Assembly (NCBI RefSeq): GCF_009914755.1 | Contig: NC_060927.1 | Direction: 5' to 3' (one strand) | Source of the DNA: the human T2T-CHM13v2.0 reference genome, Homo sapiens | Length of the DNA: 64,000 nucleotides | Shown here: in pieces, positions 25,942 to 40,040 of the stretch | Layout: the number at the start of each line of letters is the position of its first letter | How positions within the stretch are numbered: position 1 is the stretch's first letter | Notes under the pieces: generated by a model | Database searches by the model: none | Told to the model about the DNA's origin: nothing | Seen by the model: the letters and a program-made list of their open reading frames with translations, nothing else | Translations under genes and position numbers: made by a program

Positions 25942-27575
25942 AAAATCCCAGCAACCTATTTTTTGTGGATATTAACAAACTGATTCTAAAGTGTACATGG
26001 AAAAGCAAAAGATTCAGAATATGCAAGACAATATTAAATGAGAAGAACAAAGTAGGAGCACTGACACTATCCGACTTCAAGAGTTACAACAAAGCTATAG
26101 TAATTGAAACAGTGTGGTATTGGCAAAAGCCACCAAATACATCAGTGAAACAGAAGAGAAAGCCCAGATAGTCTTTTCCACAAATGGATCTAGAACAAAT
26201 GGATACCCACATGCAAAAAAAAAAAAAAAAAAGAATCCAGACAAAGACCTCACACTATTCACAAAAATTGACTCAAAATGAATCACAGACCTAAATGTAA
26301 AATGTAAAACCATAGAACTCCTAGAAAATAATGTACAAGAAAGTTCAGCTGATCTTGAGCATGAAAGTGACTTTTTATATATAATACCAAAGGTGCAATC
26401 CATGAAAGAAATCATTGATAAGCTAGACTTCATTAAAATTGAAAACGTCTCCTTAATATAAGACACTGTCAACTGAGAAAGACAAGCCAAAGGCTAGGAG
26501 AAAATATTTGCAAGAAACATGTATGATAAAGAACTGTTATCCAAAATATTTTTTTTAAAGTCTTAAAACTCATTAAGAAAAATAATTTAAAAATGGGCAA
26601 AAGACTTGAACAGACACCTCACCAAAAAATACATACAGATGGAATACAGGCATATGAAAAGAAGCTCAACATATATTATTAGGATATTGCAAATTAAAAC
26701 AATGATACCACTATGTACCTATTAGAATTGTGAAAATTCAAAACAATGACAACACCAAGTGCTAGTGAGGATGTGGGGCAACAGAACTCACATTCACTGT
26801 GGATGGGAATGCAAAATGATATAGCAACCTCAGAAGACCCGCAATATTTTACAAAATGAAACGTACTCTTACCATACAATCCAGCAATTATAATCCTTGG
26901 TATTTACCCAAAGTAGTTGAAAACTTATTTCTACACAAAAACCTGCACACAGATGTTTATAGTAACTTTATTCAAAATTGCCAAAACCTGGAAGTAATTG
27001 AGATGACCTTCAGTAAGTGAATGAATAAACAAATCATGGTATACGCAGACCATTATTCAGCCATACTAAAAAGAAATGAGCTGTTGAGCCACAGAAAGAC
27101 ATGGAGTTACTTTACAGGCATACTGCGAAGCAAAAGGAGCCAAATTTTAAGGGCTGCATACTGTGTGATTCCAGTGATGGGATACATTGGAAAAAAAAAA
27201 AAAACTATGAAGAGAATACAAAGATCAATGGTTTGCAAGGGCTCAGAGGAGGGGGAGGGAAAGAGGGATGGCTAGATAGAACATAGGAGATTTTTTAGGG
27301 CAGTAAAACTATTCTGAATGATATAACGGTGGTTGCATGTCATTCAACAGCTGTCAAAACCCATAGGATGTACAATGCAGACTGAACCATAACATAACCT
27401 ACAGACTTGGTTAATAATAGTGTATCAAAATTGGCTCATCAAATGTAAAAAATATACCACACTAATGCAAGTGTTAATTATAAAGGAAACTGGGGGAGTG
27501 GTGGGGCGTAGGCAAACTCTGCACTCGTTGCTCAATTTTTCTGTAAACCTAAAATTGTTAAAAAAGAAATAGTGT
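25942..27575 (+). mobile_element. L1MC1/2-type LINE, continuation to the 3' end
   Basis: aaaatcccagcaacctattttttgtggatattaacaaactgattctaaag; 3'UTR gaaagacatggag...ctcaatttttctgtaaacctaaaa. Confidence 0.92.
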
Positions 27576-27749
27576 ATTGATTTCTTAAAACCAAATAATA
27601 TATAAATAGCCTTATAAAAAATGTCAAACCACTCAGAAGTATCCAGACTAAAACATTTAACTCCCAAGTGATGTTTTCACACCAATCCTTTCATTCCTGG
27701 GGCAAATGCTCCTCACAGTTTGGTATTTATGCTTCCAGTCTACTTTTGA

Positions 27750-28052
27750 TTTTTTTTTTTTTTTTTTTTTGAGATGGAGTCTCACATGGTCACCTAGGCT
27801 GGAGTGCAGTGGCACTATCTGGACACACCACAACCTCCACCTCCTGGATTCAAGCAATTCGCCTACCTCAGCCTCCCAAGTACCTGTGATTACAGGTGCC
27901 CACGACTACGCCTAGCTACTTTTTTGTATTTTTAGTAGAGACAGGGTTTACATTACAATGGCCAGGCTGGTCTCGAACTCCTGACCTCATGATCTGCCCG
28001 CCTCAGCCTCCCAAAGTGCTGGGATTACAGCCACTAGCTACCGTGCCCAGCC
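27750..28052 (-). mobile_element. AluS
   Basis: Full dimer with TSD ccagtcta(c/a)ttt. Confidence 0.96.
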
Positions 28053-28368
28053 CCAGTCTAATTTTTAATATGCTTACTATTACACTTATTTCCAAAAAGT
28101 GTTCAAACATAAATGGAACATTTTATAAATATCATTCTGAAATTTGGACAGTTCCTTAAAGCAACTACTAGTGACTGCACTGAGCATTATGTGAAAAAAA
28201 AAAGACTCCAGAAAATACATGTGCAAGGTGGTCACTATACAAACACACTTTTGGCTTTCCAGAGCATTGTACAGCAATAGTCACATAGTATGGGCTCTAG
28301 AAATACTTGAGTGGTTGGCAATTAAGTCAAGATGAAAAGGAATCAGGCCATTAAAATATAGCTACAAC

Positions 28369-28487
28369 TGGGAGGCTGAGGAGGGAAGATCGCTGGAGCA
28401 CAGGAGATTAAGGGTACAGGGAGCTATGATCATGCCACTGGACTCCAGCCTGGGTGACAGAGTGAGACACTCTCCAAAAAAAAAAAA
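28369..28487 (+). mobile_element. Old Alu right-monomer fragment (FRAM/AluJ)
   Basis: gggaggctgaggagggaagatcgc...gagctatgatcatgccactggactccagcctgggtgacag plus A-tail. Confidence 0.88.
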
Positions 28488-28629
28488 ATACAATTACATG
28501 GTCTGACAGTTAAATTCTAGAGAGAATCAACCTTTCATCCACACAGCTAGTATGCCAATGAGGTGTCCACTGTGTAGGGAGAATTAACCCTCTGCATTTT
28601 TCTTAAGGATTTGAGCTCTCTTAGCTACA

Positions 28630-28780
28630 CAAACATAGGAATTGTTATCCCCATCTTAGAGGCAAGAAAGCTGGGAGTCAGGGAGCTTAAATAACTTGCT
28701 TGAGATGACTCAATGATTGGTGATGGAGTCAAGATTGAAAACCCGGGCAAGCCTCCATGTCTCATGGTGCCCCTAAAAGT
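28630..28780 (-). mobile_element. MIR
   Basis: gttatccccatcttagaggcaagaaagctgggagtcagggagcttaaataacttgc. Confidence 0.7.
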
Positions 28781-29654
28781 ACTTTCTACAGGTAACAAGC
28801 ACCCAAGTGGTCTTTTCCTCATCAGTCCCAAATTGGCCGAAAAGATCATCTGTGACCAACTGGAACAGGATTATATCCATATCTCAATTAAAACCATGTT
28901 TCCATTTGCCCCTTCCTTAAAGCAAATCACAGTTCTTTATGTGGATTTTTTGAAAGGTACAAATCTAGATTTTTTTTTTTAACACATTCTGGTGCTCAGT
29001 TGCTTAGGAAACTGCTTTTGTCATTAGGTGGGAAGGACTAACACACTTAAGAGAGAGAAAGGCAAAGGGGGAATATATAGTAAACCCAGTGCTGATGTGA
29101 ATTGTATCCACAGGGACTATAACAAAACAATCAGAACTCAAAGGGAAAAGGAGCTTTTGAGTGGGTTGTGAAATAAGCTATTAAGTCATGCAAATAAATC
29201 CAATGTCAACACTTCAGCCTGGGCTGATTGGATGCATGCATTAAAACTCATACTTCATAAGAATTTAAGGCCTCTGGTGTTCTCAGTTTTTCTTCTTTTT
29301 CACTTTGGGGTTTTTTGGTTGGAGGGAGGCATTTCTAGAGAAAGCATGCCTGCTTTACGCTAGAATCGCTCATGAAGTAGAGAATTTGTGCATCAAGGTT
29401 TGAAACAATACATTATTCCAAGACCTTGTCCTTCATCAGTAGTTTCAGCCTTTGCCACATTTCTGAGCTCCGTGCTCAAAAGAAGCATCTCTTCTCCCAG
29501 GCTCCTGCACCCAACCAGGCAGGGATCCAACATTCAGATAATTCAGACGGTACACACATTCATGACTTCAAGATGCTGCTGTTGATAGTCGTACACCTTA
29601 ACTTGCAGTGGGTGCAAACATAATCAGCCTTTTCTCCCACGAAGCCCATCTTTA

Positions 29655-29770
29655 GAAGCACTGTGAGATTTTTGCCTGTCTTGTTCAAGACCATACCTAC
29701 AGTGCCTAGTGCGGGACCTGGCACACATAGTAGATACGTAACAAGTAATCACTAGTCTGTTACATGAGCA
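29655..29770 (+). mobile_element. L2 3' end
   Basis: ttttgcctgtcttgttca...cagtgcctagtgcgggacctggcacacatagtag. Confidence 0.7.
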
Positions 29771-29949
29771 AGAAATAACTTTTTTAATGCAATTGCGTGG
29801 CTGATCTATTTGTCACCAAAGTGTAACCTCCCCTGTCCAATATGCCATCACTTTATTTTCCACTGCAAGCACAAGATCTTGCAGCTCAAGAAAGAACTGT
29901 GCTACATGGCATGCTCTAAATTCGACATGCCATCTCAATTTAACATGAT

Positions 29950-30080
29950 ACTTATGTAAGCCAATAGTCCCACTTTACAGATGAGATATTGGAGCTTTAT
30001 AGAAATCAAGTAATCTAGCCACAGTCCCAGAGCTAATAAATGATAGGACAAGGATTTATATCCCATCATTTTAGCTGTAA
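29950..30080 (-). mobile_element. MIR
   Basis: tcccactttacagatgagatattggagc...agagctaataaatgatagga. Confidence 0.65.
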
Positions 30081-30559
30081 AACATGTTCATTTTTTTCTT
30101 TTTAAATCTGTGCTGGGCTGTGTTCTGACCTCAAGTGAAATACTGTGTGTTTGTATCACTCAACTCGCACATACCAAAGTTTAAGTCAAGAGCCTTTATG
30201 ACTTATAAAAAACAATTGCTTGAGAGGCACTGGGTGATACATAGGCTCAGTTAAAGCAGAAGGAACAGCACTAGCATGTCATATTGGTAAGATACAAATT
30301 AAATTGCAGTTAGAAATGGACTGTCATGGTAGTAAAACTATGGGAAGAGCAAGGAAGTCCTCGTTTCGGCGTGTCTTCAGGAACACACCGGTTAACCATC
30401 TATTTGCCCAACCCGATTTGGTCTTTAAACTTGCCTGAAGAAGCCAGTTGGAGGGAACAGAAGGCTTCTCTCAAGGTCAATGTCTCCCTCCATACCCCCC
30501 ACTTCAGGATCTCCTATGCATCAGGCACTGTGCTATACAACGAGTAAAACATAGTGTTT

Positions 30560-31180
30560 GCTTTTGAAAAATTCTACAATACATGAACAGATAATTATGG
30601 CAGAACATGCTAAGTACAATGTTATAGTAATACAGAGAAAAACAGAAAAACTGACTCAGAGCACATTCAAAAGGGCTGTTTAATCCATGCCTAAGTGGAG
30701 TAAGGAGGCCAAAAGTTAATGAGGAGAGCATCCCAGAGAGAAGAAATGGTAGAGCCAGTGGTGTGAAGGCAAAAGCCAGTAGGACGTATGCAGAGAAGTC
30801 CATGCAGTTCAGTGGTGCCAGAATGCAAAATGAGAAGCAAGGAGTGGTAAGAGACAGCAGGAAAGCTTAGCTTACTTTTTAAGTCAGCCATGCTGAGCAG
30901 CTTGGGCTTCAACTTGACAATGATGAACACATATTTGGCAAGATTTGGCAGAGGACAGGTTGGATATGAAGTTTAGAAAAATCCCTACAGCTGGTGTGGA
31001 TTTGAATGGAATTGGACAGAAGACCAGCCCAAGTTAGGAAGCTGATGGAGAGTCCCAGCAAAATACAGGAATCTGAGCAAGTTTTATAGTTTTATAAATA
31101 TAGGAACATGAATGAGAATAGGAATGAAGAGAGAGGACTGCTTTGACAATGATTCCAAAAGTAAAATATTCAAGAAGGGT
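30560..31180 (-). mobile_element. L2 remnant
   Basis: Purine-rich degenerate L2 blocks: gagcatcccagagagaagaaatgg...gtaagccatgc-like, agttaggaagct. Confidence 0.55.
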
Positions 31181-31477
31181 GGGAATGGAGTCTACCAAGA
31201 AGAAAAACTGGATAAAGGCAGAATAAAAACTTGGAATAAATAATATTACTGAAATTACTTAGCAATGTTAATAATGTTAAATGTGTCTGTGGTAGGCCTG
31301 ACCCTCTGGCTGTCCATTATTCCATATGTGGTCTTTTCTGACTGGCTTCTTTCACTTACTGTAATGTTTATAAGGTTCATCCATGTTGTAACATGTATCA
31401 GTACTTCATTCCTTTTTTTTACAAGATGATATTGAATTGACAGGATATGCCATGTTTGTCCATTCAGAAATTGATAA

Positions 31478-31810
<333 letters not shown>

Positions 31811-34112
31811 TTGTTTCTAGTTTTTAGCAAGTTTAATGTTGCTATGAACATTCACGTACAAGCTTTTGAGTGGACATATGTTTTCATTTCTCTTGGGTAT
31901 ATATCTACAGGTGGAATTGCTGAATCATATGGCAATTCGTTTTTCAACCTTTTGGGGAAATGATAGACTGTTTTCCAAAGTGGCTATACCATGTTACATT
32001 CTCACCAGCAATGTATGTTCAAGTTCCTCTATGTCTTCTTTTCAATTATAGCCATCCTATGAGGTGATGTGGTATCTCACTATGGTTTTGATTTGTATTT
32101 TCTTGATGACTAGTGATGCTGAGTATCTTTTTATGGGCTTATTGGTCATCTGTATATCTTCTTTGGATAAATATCTATTCAGACTTTTTATCCATTTTTT
32201 AAATTGGGTTTATACAAATATTTATATATTCTAGATACAAGTCTCTTATCAGATATATGATATGTAAGTATTTTATCCCATTCTGTGGAGTTTCTTTTCA
32301 GCTTCTGGATGTTATCCATGGAAACACAAAAGTTTTTAATGCTTGTGTCTTTTTCCATTTGTTGCTTGTGTTGTCTTTTTCCATATGTTGTTAAGACATC
32401 ATATCTAAAATATTTTGCCTAATCCAAGGCCATTTGTTATGCTTATGTTTCCTTCTAAGAGTTTTATAGTTTTAGCTTTTACATTTGAGGCCAAGATTCA
32501 TTTTGAGATAATCTTTGTATATGGGGTCAGGTAAGGATCCAAATTCATTCTTTTGCATGTGGAGACCTAGTTGCCCCAGAATCATTTGTTTAAAAGGTTT
32601 TTACCATGAATTGTCTTGGCAGCACTTTTGAAAATCAGTTGATAGTAAATGTGAGTTTATTTCTGGAATCTCAGTTCTATGCCATTGATCTTTATTGTTA
32701 TGTCAGCACTACACTCTCTTGATCACTGTAGAGTTGTCATGAGTTCCGAAACCAGGAAATCCTCCAAGTTCGCACTTTTTTTCAAGACTGTTTCAGCTAT
32801 TCTCAGGATCCCTTGAATTTCTGTATGATTTTAGGATTATCCTGTCAAGTTTTACAACAATATCTGCTGAGATTTTGATAGGAGTTGCATTGAATCTTTA
32901 TGGCACTCAACAATTTTTGGCACTTTTAACAATAACTCTTCCAATCCCCAAACATAAAAAGTCTTGCCTTGTATTTAGATATTCTTCAACTTATTTCAAA
33001 TATACATAAATTCAGAGTTTATATTTTTTGTTGCTTTTAATTTATTCCCAAGTATTTATTCTTTTTGATGCCCTCATAAATGGAATTTTCTCAGTTTCAT
33101 TTTCTGATTGTCTATCACAAGTGAATAGAGAGAATGAGTTTGTGTATATTGTTCTTGTATCCTAAAAACTTGCTCAACTTGTTTATTTCTGATAGGTTTT
33201 TTAGTGGATTTAAGATCTTCTATATATAAGATTATGCCATTTATAATAAAGTTTTTCTTCTTTTCAAATATGAATGCAGTTTCTTTTTCTTGCCTAATTT
33301 CCCTGGTTAGAACTGTTAGACAATGTTGAATGGAAATGGCAAGAGGGGATATCTGTGCCTTCTTCCTTATCTTAGGGGAAAACACTCTTTTTTTTTTTTT
33401 TTTTTACGTTAAGTATGATATGAGCTGTGAATTTTTAATAATGCTTTTTATCAGGTTGAGAAAGTTTCATACTATTCTATTTCCTTGAGTGTTTTTATCA
33501 TGAAAGGGTGTTAAATGTTTTTCAAATATTTTTTCTATGTCTATTGATATAATCATGTTGCTTTTATCCTTTATTCTATTGATATGCTATATTACATTTA
33601 TTAGTTTTCATATGTTAAAATGATCTTGCATTTCTGGGATAAATTCCACATGGCCATGGTACAAAATATGTTGCTGGATCCAGTTTGCTTGTCTTCCACT
33701 GAGGATTTTTACATCTGTATTGATAAGATATTGGTCTGTAGTTTCCTTGCATTGTGATGTCTGTCTGTTTTGGTTAACAGGATGCTATTGGCCTCATAGA
33801 ATGTAGTGATAATTTTTGGAAGAGTTTCTGAAAAACTGATATTAATTTTTTAAATGTTTGGTAGAATTGGCCAGTGAAGTCATCTGAACTTGGACTTTTA
33901 TTTGTGGGTAGTTTTTTATTATAAAAAATATATATTCAGTCTTTTTACTTTTGATGGGTTATTCAGGCTTTATATTTGTAGAATCAGTTTTGTTTGTATC
34001 TGTTTAGGAATTTGTTCATTTCATCCAAGTTATCCAATTCATAGTCATACATTTATTCATTGTTTTCCCTTGTAATCCTTTTTCTTTCTGCAAGGTGAGT
34101 AGTAAGGTCCCC

Positions 34113-34423
<311 letters not shown>

Positions 34424-37400
34424 AGGTCCCACTTTTTATTCCTGATTTTAATAATTTGAGTCTTCTTTCTTTCCTGCTTAGTCAGTCTAGGTAAAGTTTT
34501 CTCTGGTTTGTTCATCTTTTGAACCAACTCTGGTTACATTGATTCTATTTTTCTATTCTCTATTTCATTAATTTCTGTTCCAACCTTTATTATTTTCTTC
34601 TGCTTTGTGTGGTTTACTCATTTTATAGTTTATTAAGGTGAAACATAGGTTACTGATTTGAGATTTTTTAAAAATACAGGTACTTAAGCTATATGTTTCC
34701 CTCAAAGCCCTGTTTTAGTTGCATTCTATCAGCTGTTATGTTACATCTTCATTTTCATCAATGACATAAAATTGTTTCTCATTTTCATTGTGATTTTTTA
34801 AATTGACTCATTGGATATTTAGGAGTGTGTTGTTTAAGTTCTGTGTATTTGCAAGTTTCCAAAAATATGTTAGATTTCTAATTTCACCTTATTGTAGCTA
34901 GAGAATATACTTTATATGATTTCAATCATTTGAATATATTGAGGCTTTTATGGCTTAGCATGTGGTATATTTGGAAAATGTTCCATGTACACTTGAGAAC
35001 AATGAATATTGAAGGTTTTATCTCTTTCTCTGATATTTCTGTTGTCTGCCTCAATTGGCCTCACACCCAGCTGTTATGCTTCACTAATTACTGGATAATC
35101 ATTCTATTGTTTTGAAAAATACCCTAGAGGCATAAATTTCTCCACAGTCTGACCCAATTAAATTCAAGGGCCTTTGGGAGTTAGATCTTCAGGCCAATTT
35201 TTCGTTACTCCAGGAGGGCTCTCTTACCTTTACCTTTCTTTGATTCTCTCTGATCATCTAGGTAATCGATGGGTTAGCTTGTAGATTTTATAGAGCTACC
35301 AGCCTCCTTTTAATGGCTTATCACCACAATGTCTATTGCTTTGGACAATGACCTTAGTTAGGCTTGACATTCCCCCCACTGTTTCAAATGAAATCAATTC
35401 CTATGAGCTTCAGAGTTCTTATGGACTGCTTCTACCCCTAGCAAAATCTGAGCCTGGAGCTCCAGAGCTGGCAGGCAGAGTAACACCTATACTTTCTGAG
35501 TAGGGGACTTGTTGGGGGTGGCAGCCTCTGGCTTTCTTAGCTTGCCTCTCTCAGCTTGCCTCTCTCAGCATAGAATCTGCCTATGAGTAAGCTGAGGCAA
35601 GGGGGACTGGGGCCTCAATATTCTCAGCCTCCCATACCCGGGGTAGAACATCCACCTAATTAGTTGGGGGTAGGTGGAAGAAGGTAATTCCTAAACTTTC
35701 CGCCACTCTCACCAAGAACTTAGCCTCTGCAGTTTAGGGCAGAGGGAATGAGAAATTCTAGTGACCTGTTCCTCAGTGAGATACCATATCCCTTGACTGG
35801 AAGCTGAGGGGAAAGGCAGCACCATCTCTTTGGCCACATCTGCCCAGAGTGGAGGCTCCATCTCACAGAGCTACATGAAAGGGATAGATAGCAGGCTGTG
35901 TCTGACATGCTACAGACTCTCATGTTCTTAGGGAGATTCTTCAGATTTGCTCACATAAGTGCTTTTGATTTGTCATATTCCATTACAATAATTTCCAGAG
36001 ACTTTAAATGAGTTTCTTTATATTTTTCATCAGTTATGGATGTTTTCTGGGAAATGGTCCATGGAACACCTTATTCTGCCATTCTGGAAATAAAACTCCA
36101 AGAAACTTCTCTTTAAGCCTCTGAGACTTAGAGGTTGCTTATTACTGCAGGAAAGCCTAGTTTAGCATGATGAAAGCCGTGTCTAGTATTAAAGCAGAAT
36201 TAAAGTCAACTCAAGGAAAGTAAAATGATTTTCCAACTCTATCTTTCTCTGATAGGTTCTTGTCCCTTAAAGCTGAGTAGCCGTCACTGGCCAGATTCTA
36301 GAATAATGCCCTTCCTGTTTTTCTTTTGTTCTGTTGTCCCCACTTGATTGCTTTAATGTATCTAGGTAGACTGCCTCTATTAAGAAGTCCCAAGTTAATG
36401 TAGGCTACTTGCAGTCTTTGAAACACAGTGCCCATTTAAAGATGACAATCCTAGAATCATAAGAGCAGGGATACAAACTATTTTATTCACTCTAGTATTC
36501 TCAGAGCCTAAAACAGTGTCTGGCTAGCCTGACACTTGATAGCTGCTCCCAAAAGGTATTTTTTGAATGACAGTGTCAGGACCTTGCTCCTGTTCCTTTG
36601 TTACACTGGCTGCCCTGGGGATCAAAGCGTATGGGAGGGCTATTTGTCTTATGTTATCTTTCTGAAAGTATCCTCCCAGAGACTGGTTCAAACAGGAACC
36701 CTACCTGACTCCTATGTCCTAAAGGACTCTATCAATAAAGTATTCCAAGATTCTTCTAGCCAGGAGGTCTGGCTTCATTTTCGAAGTTATCTCAGAAACC
36801 TAAAGTGTGTACTCTGGTATCATTAACTGATGTGACACAACTAGTGTGATTCCATCAGTTTTATAAATGACAACCAGTGTGAGGAAGTCGACACCAAAAG
36901 AAGACACTACTGGACAGAAGGCAAATGATTTTGAATAATCAGCCTCTACCCTATTCCCCCAGGGAGACTAAAATGCCTAAGCAATGCTCTCGTTGATCAC
37001 AAAGGATACATGTTTGTCCTCTTGTTTAGAGTTGCAAGAACCCACTCTTTCCAAAGCAATCAAAATCCTATATTAAGGGGACCATGTCTAGAAGCTCTGG
37101 AAAATTCCTGGAATAGTAACACAAAAAAGGAGTCACTGTACCACCACCACAAGCCTCTCTGGGAACTAATTGTGTTCTAGATGCAAGAGACACTTAACCC
37201 AGCATTTGTCTTAGCAGTGTCTGCCTACTATGTGAGCCTTACGCCATCCCTGAGACTCTGCCAGGCCCCTGCCCATCCACTCAACACTTACAGTTGAACT
37301 TTGCCAGGAAATCTAGCTCATCTAGTTCTCCAGCTTTCTAATCCTTCCTCTCACCCAAGACTGACCCACTCCTTGTCCTATCTTGACGTCCCTCTGGTTT

Positions 37401-39804
37401 ATACAGAGTAATTAAATCACTGGTTAATTGATGAATTCAATTAAATCAATGTCTTACCTGAGTCCCTGTTAGGATTCTTTAACCTTTTTTGGAAAATAGC
37501 CACATGTCAAATTTACTCACTTCTTCCCAGGTCATTAAAAAAAAAAAAAAAAAAAAAACACACAGAAATAACTGAGTAAAAAACACTCTCAATCTTTGCC
37601 CTCTTGGTATCAGCTTTGAGACACCTGGCCAAGTACAGCCTGTGCTAAGTTTCAAAGAGGAGGCAGATAACTTTGAAGATTTTATTTCACAGGGGACAAC
37701 AGATAAAAGTCTCTGTCAAGTTGTCATTAGATGCTTAATGCTATTCTTGGTGGGGAGCTTGAGGCGCCCCTCCTCCTCTGTAGACTTCTAGCAGATTAGG
37801 TTTCAGAGCTTTAATTTGAGGAAGGATTTACAGCTGTGAAGAGGTATAATATCATTTTGATTTGGGTTGTACTAGGCTGGGGAAGCCAGATTACATTTGT
37901 ATGAAACTGTATTAGACCATATGACTGAAACCACCAAAATCAAATAAAGGGAAAATTTTCCAGAGAGCCTAAAAACAAGAGCCTGTCTTTCCAGCACCTG
38001 AGCATTGTTTCACTAACTATTATTCTGATTTACATCTAGGGGATCCATGCAGAAATGCGGAGGGAGATGGCAACAATGCCTGTGCTTGCTGGACCTATCC
38101 ATTCATTAATCTGTCATCAACCTAATCCAGGGGCCCATCCCCTAGAACAAGAGGAAAAAAATTAACACTTAGAGAAGAGGGGAAGTTGGCAGGGGGAGGG
38201 GAGATAACTTTATGAAAAATAGCCTTCTTTCATCTCCGGAGGCACTGTCTAATTCAGAGTCTCAAAGAAATCCATCAAATTGTCTCTCTGGGCCTCAGTC
38301 CATCCACCGCCACCATATGCTACCATGTGCGTGTGTCGCACGGCATCCCCAGATAATGACTTACGTGGGCACCGTGCCTTTCCTCTAGAACCATCTTAAT
38401 GCTATTTTAAAATCCGACTCTCATTTGCATGGAAAACAATAAATCACTTTGGGTAACACAGAAAACCCAGTTTCTTCTGAGATGAAACATGAAAAAAAGA
38501 GTTAGCTGTTGTTTGTACCACACAGCTACACAGAACTGGGCAGACTACCAGCATCTTCTACTGGGATTTAGAGATGGACGCAAGAAACACCACGGGTAGG
38601 ACTCTGAAAATTGAAATTATTTTTGTGCCAGTCTCTAGATTCAACTAGAATGTGCTCTTGGCTGGGGAGAATTTGGGAAAGAAGTGTTTTTTTTTTGTTT
38701 TTTGTTTTTTTTTAATTGCAACTACTAAGTTTCAAAAATGGGGGAAAATCATGAAGACAGCCACAGACATCTTCAGGGGCTGACTAATTCTTAAATGATT
38801 GGTTCCTCTAAGAGTGGTTAGTGGTGAAAGAGTAAATGATGTATGAGAACGATTTCTCTGATTTCTGCCAGGAGTTCTACTCACTCAGTAACCACAGGGA
38901 ATAGAAGGATCAGGTTTTCCACAGAAACTACTTTTAGCACATGCTGTGTTTCTACACCTGTACTTCTCTTCCGAACAACTATCTTAGCTCCAAGTTGACA
39001 TGGCCCGTTACCAAGGGGCTCCATGTCTTTTGTTTTTGTAGTAAAGATGACTTGAATACAGAAGAGGTGTTGTAGGAGAGCGCGTCTTCTCCAAATGCTG
39101 GCAGATGACAGTTTCCGCAGGGACGTAAAGAGGTGACAAAGGCACAGAATATAATTTAGTCCTGATTTCCAGGTCTGGCTCACAAAACTAATCGGATGAA
39201 AATGTGGCCAAAAGAATACCTCGGAGATAAACTTTCTAGAACAAGCTAACGCCATAATTTGACCCTAATTCCAAAAATCATGGGAAGGACATACTTCTTA
39301 GTATCTTTATCTTATTCTCAATTAATCAACAAACCTTAATGTAAATAAATTTTCTAAAATTCATTGTCACCGAGGAAAGGGTTAAAAAAAACTAAAGTTC
39401 TCTTTTGAGAATGGATTTCTTTCCCTCACTACCTTCTTAGACAATACAACAGAGGTTATTTCTAGACCCAGAGGAGACAATGCAACATAGCTTCTCCAGC
39501 CTTTGGACACTAAGCAAGTTATCAATAATGCAGAATCTTGAAACCTGACACTAAACTCCTTCAGAGGTAGGTATCTTGTGAGCAAAAGAGAACAGAGTAA
39601 AAGGGGCAAGGATGGGAGAGTGTAAGAAGAACCATGCTGTGGACATTTTACTTCTTGGGGTGTTAGTTTCCTTCTATGCAAAATACAACTGTAGATTGCC
39701 ACAAGCCTAAACAAAATCTGTAAGAAATAAATAACCTTCAAAGCAATTTAATAAAAAGAAATGTGCCCAAAATATCCTCAAAGACTTTATTAATCTAGGG
39801 AGGC

Positions 39805-40040
39805 AATAGTTAGGAATATGAGACATGAGTCAAACCACCTGATTCCACATCCCGATTGCACGATGAACTAGCTGTGTGATATTGAGCAAGTGACTTAACC
39901 CCCAGATTTCCTACCTGTATAAGAGGAATAATGAAAGCTCCACAACTACTGCAAAAGCTAAATCAAATAATATGTGTAAAGCTGTTAGTACAATACCTGC
40001 CCCCACAGTAAACACACAATAAGTATTAGAAATACAACAA
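39805..40040 (+). mobile_element. MIR
   Basis: actagctgtgtgatattgagcaagtgacttaacc...aaataatatgtgtaaagc. Confidence 0.85.

Noticed and set aside
25862-26490. ORFs with L1 ORF2 similarity (also 22915-23217, 33074-33385, 49895-50080)
   Set aside because: Short open stretches in decayed L1 copies. No intact ORF1 or ORF2, so no active element.
35539-35568. 14-nt tandem duplication agcttgcctctctc
   Set aside because: Ordinary slippage within L1-derived sequence.
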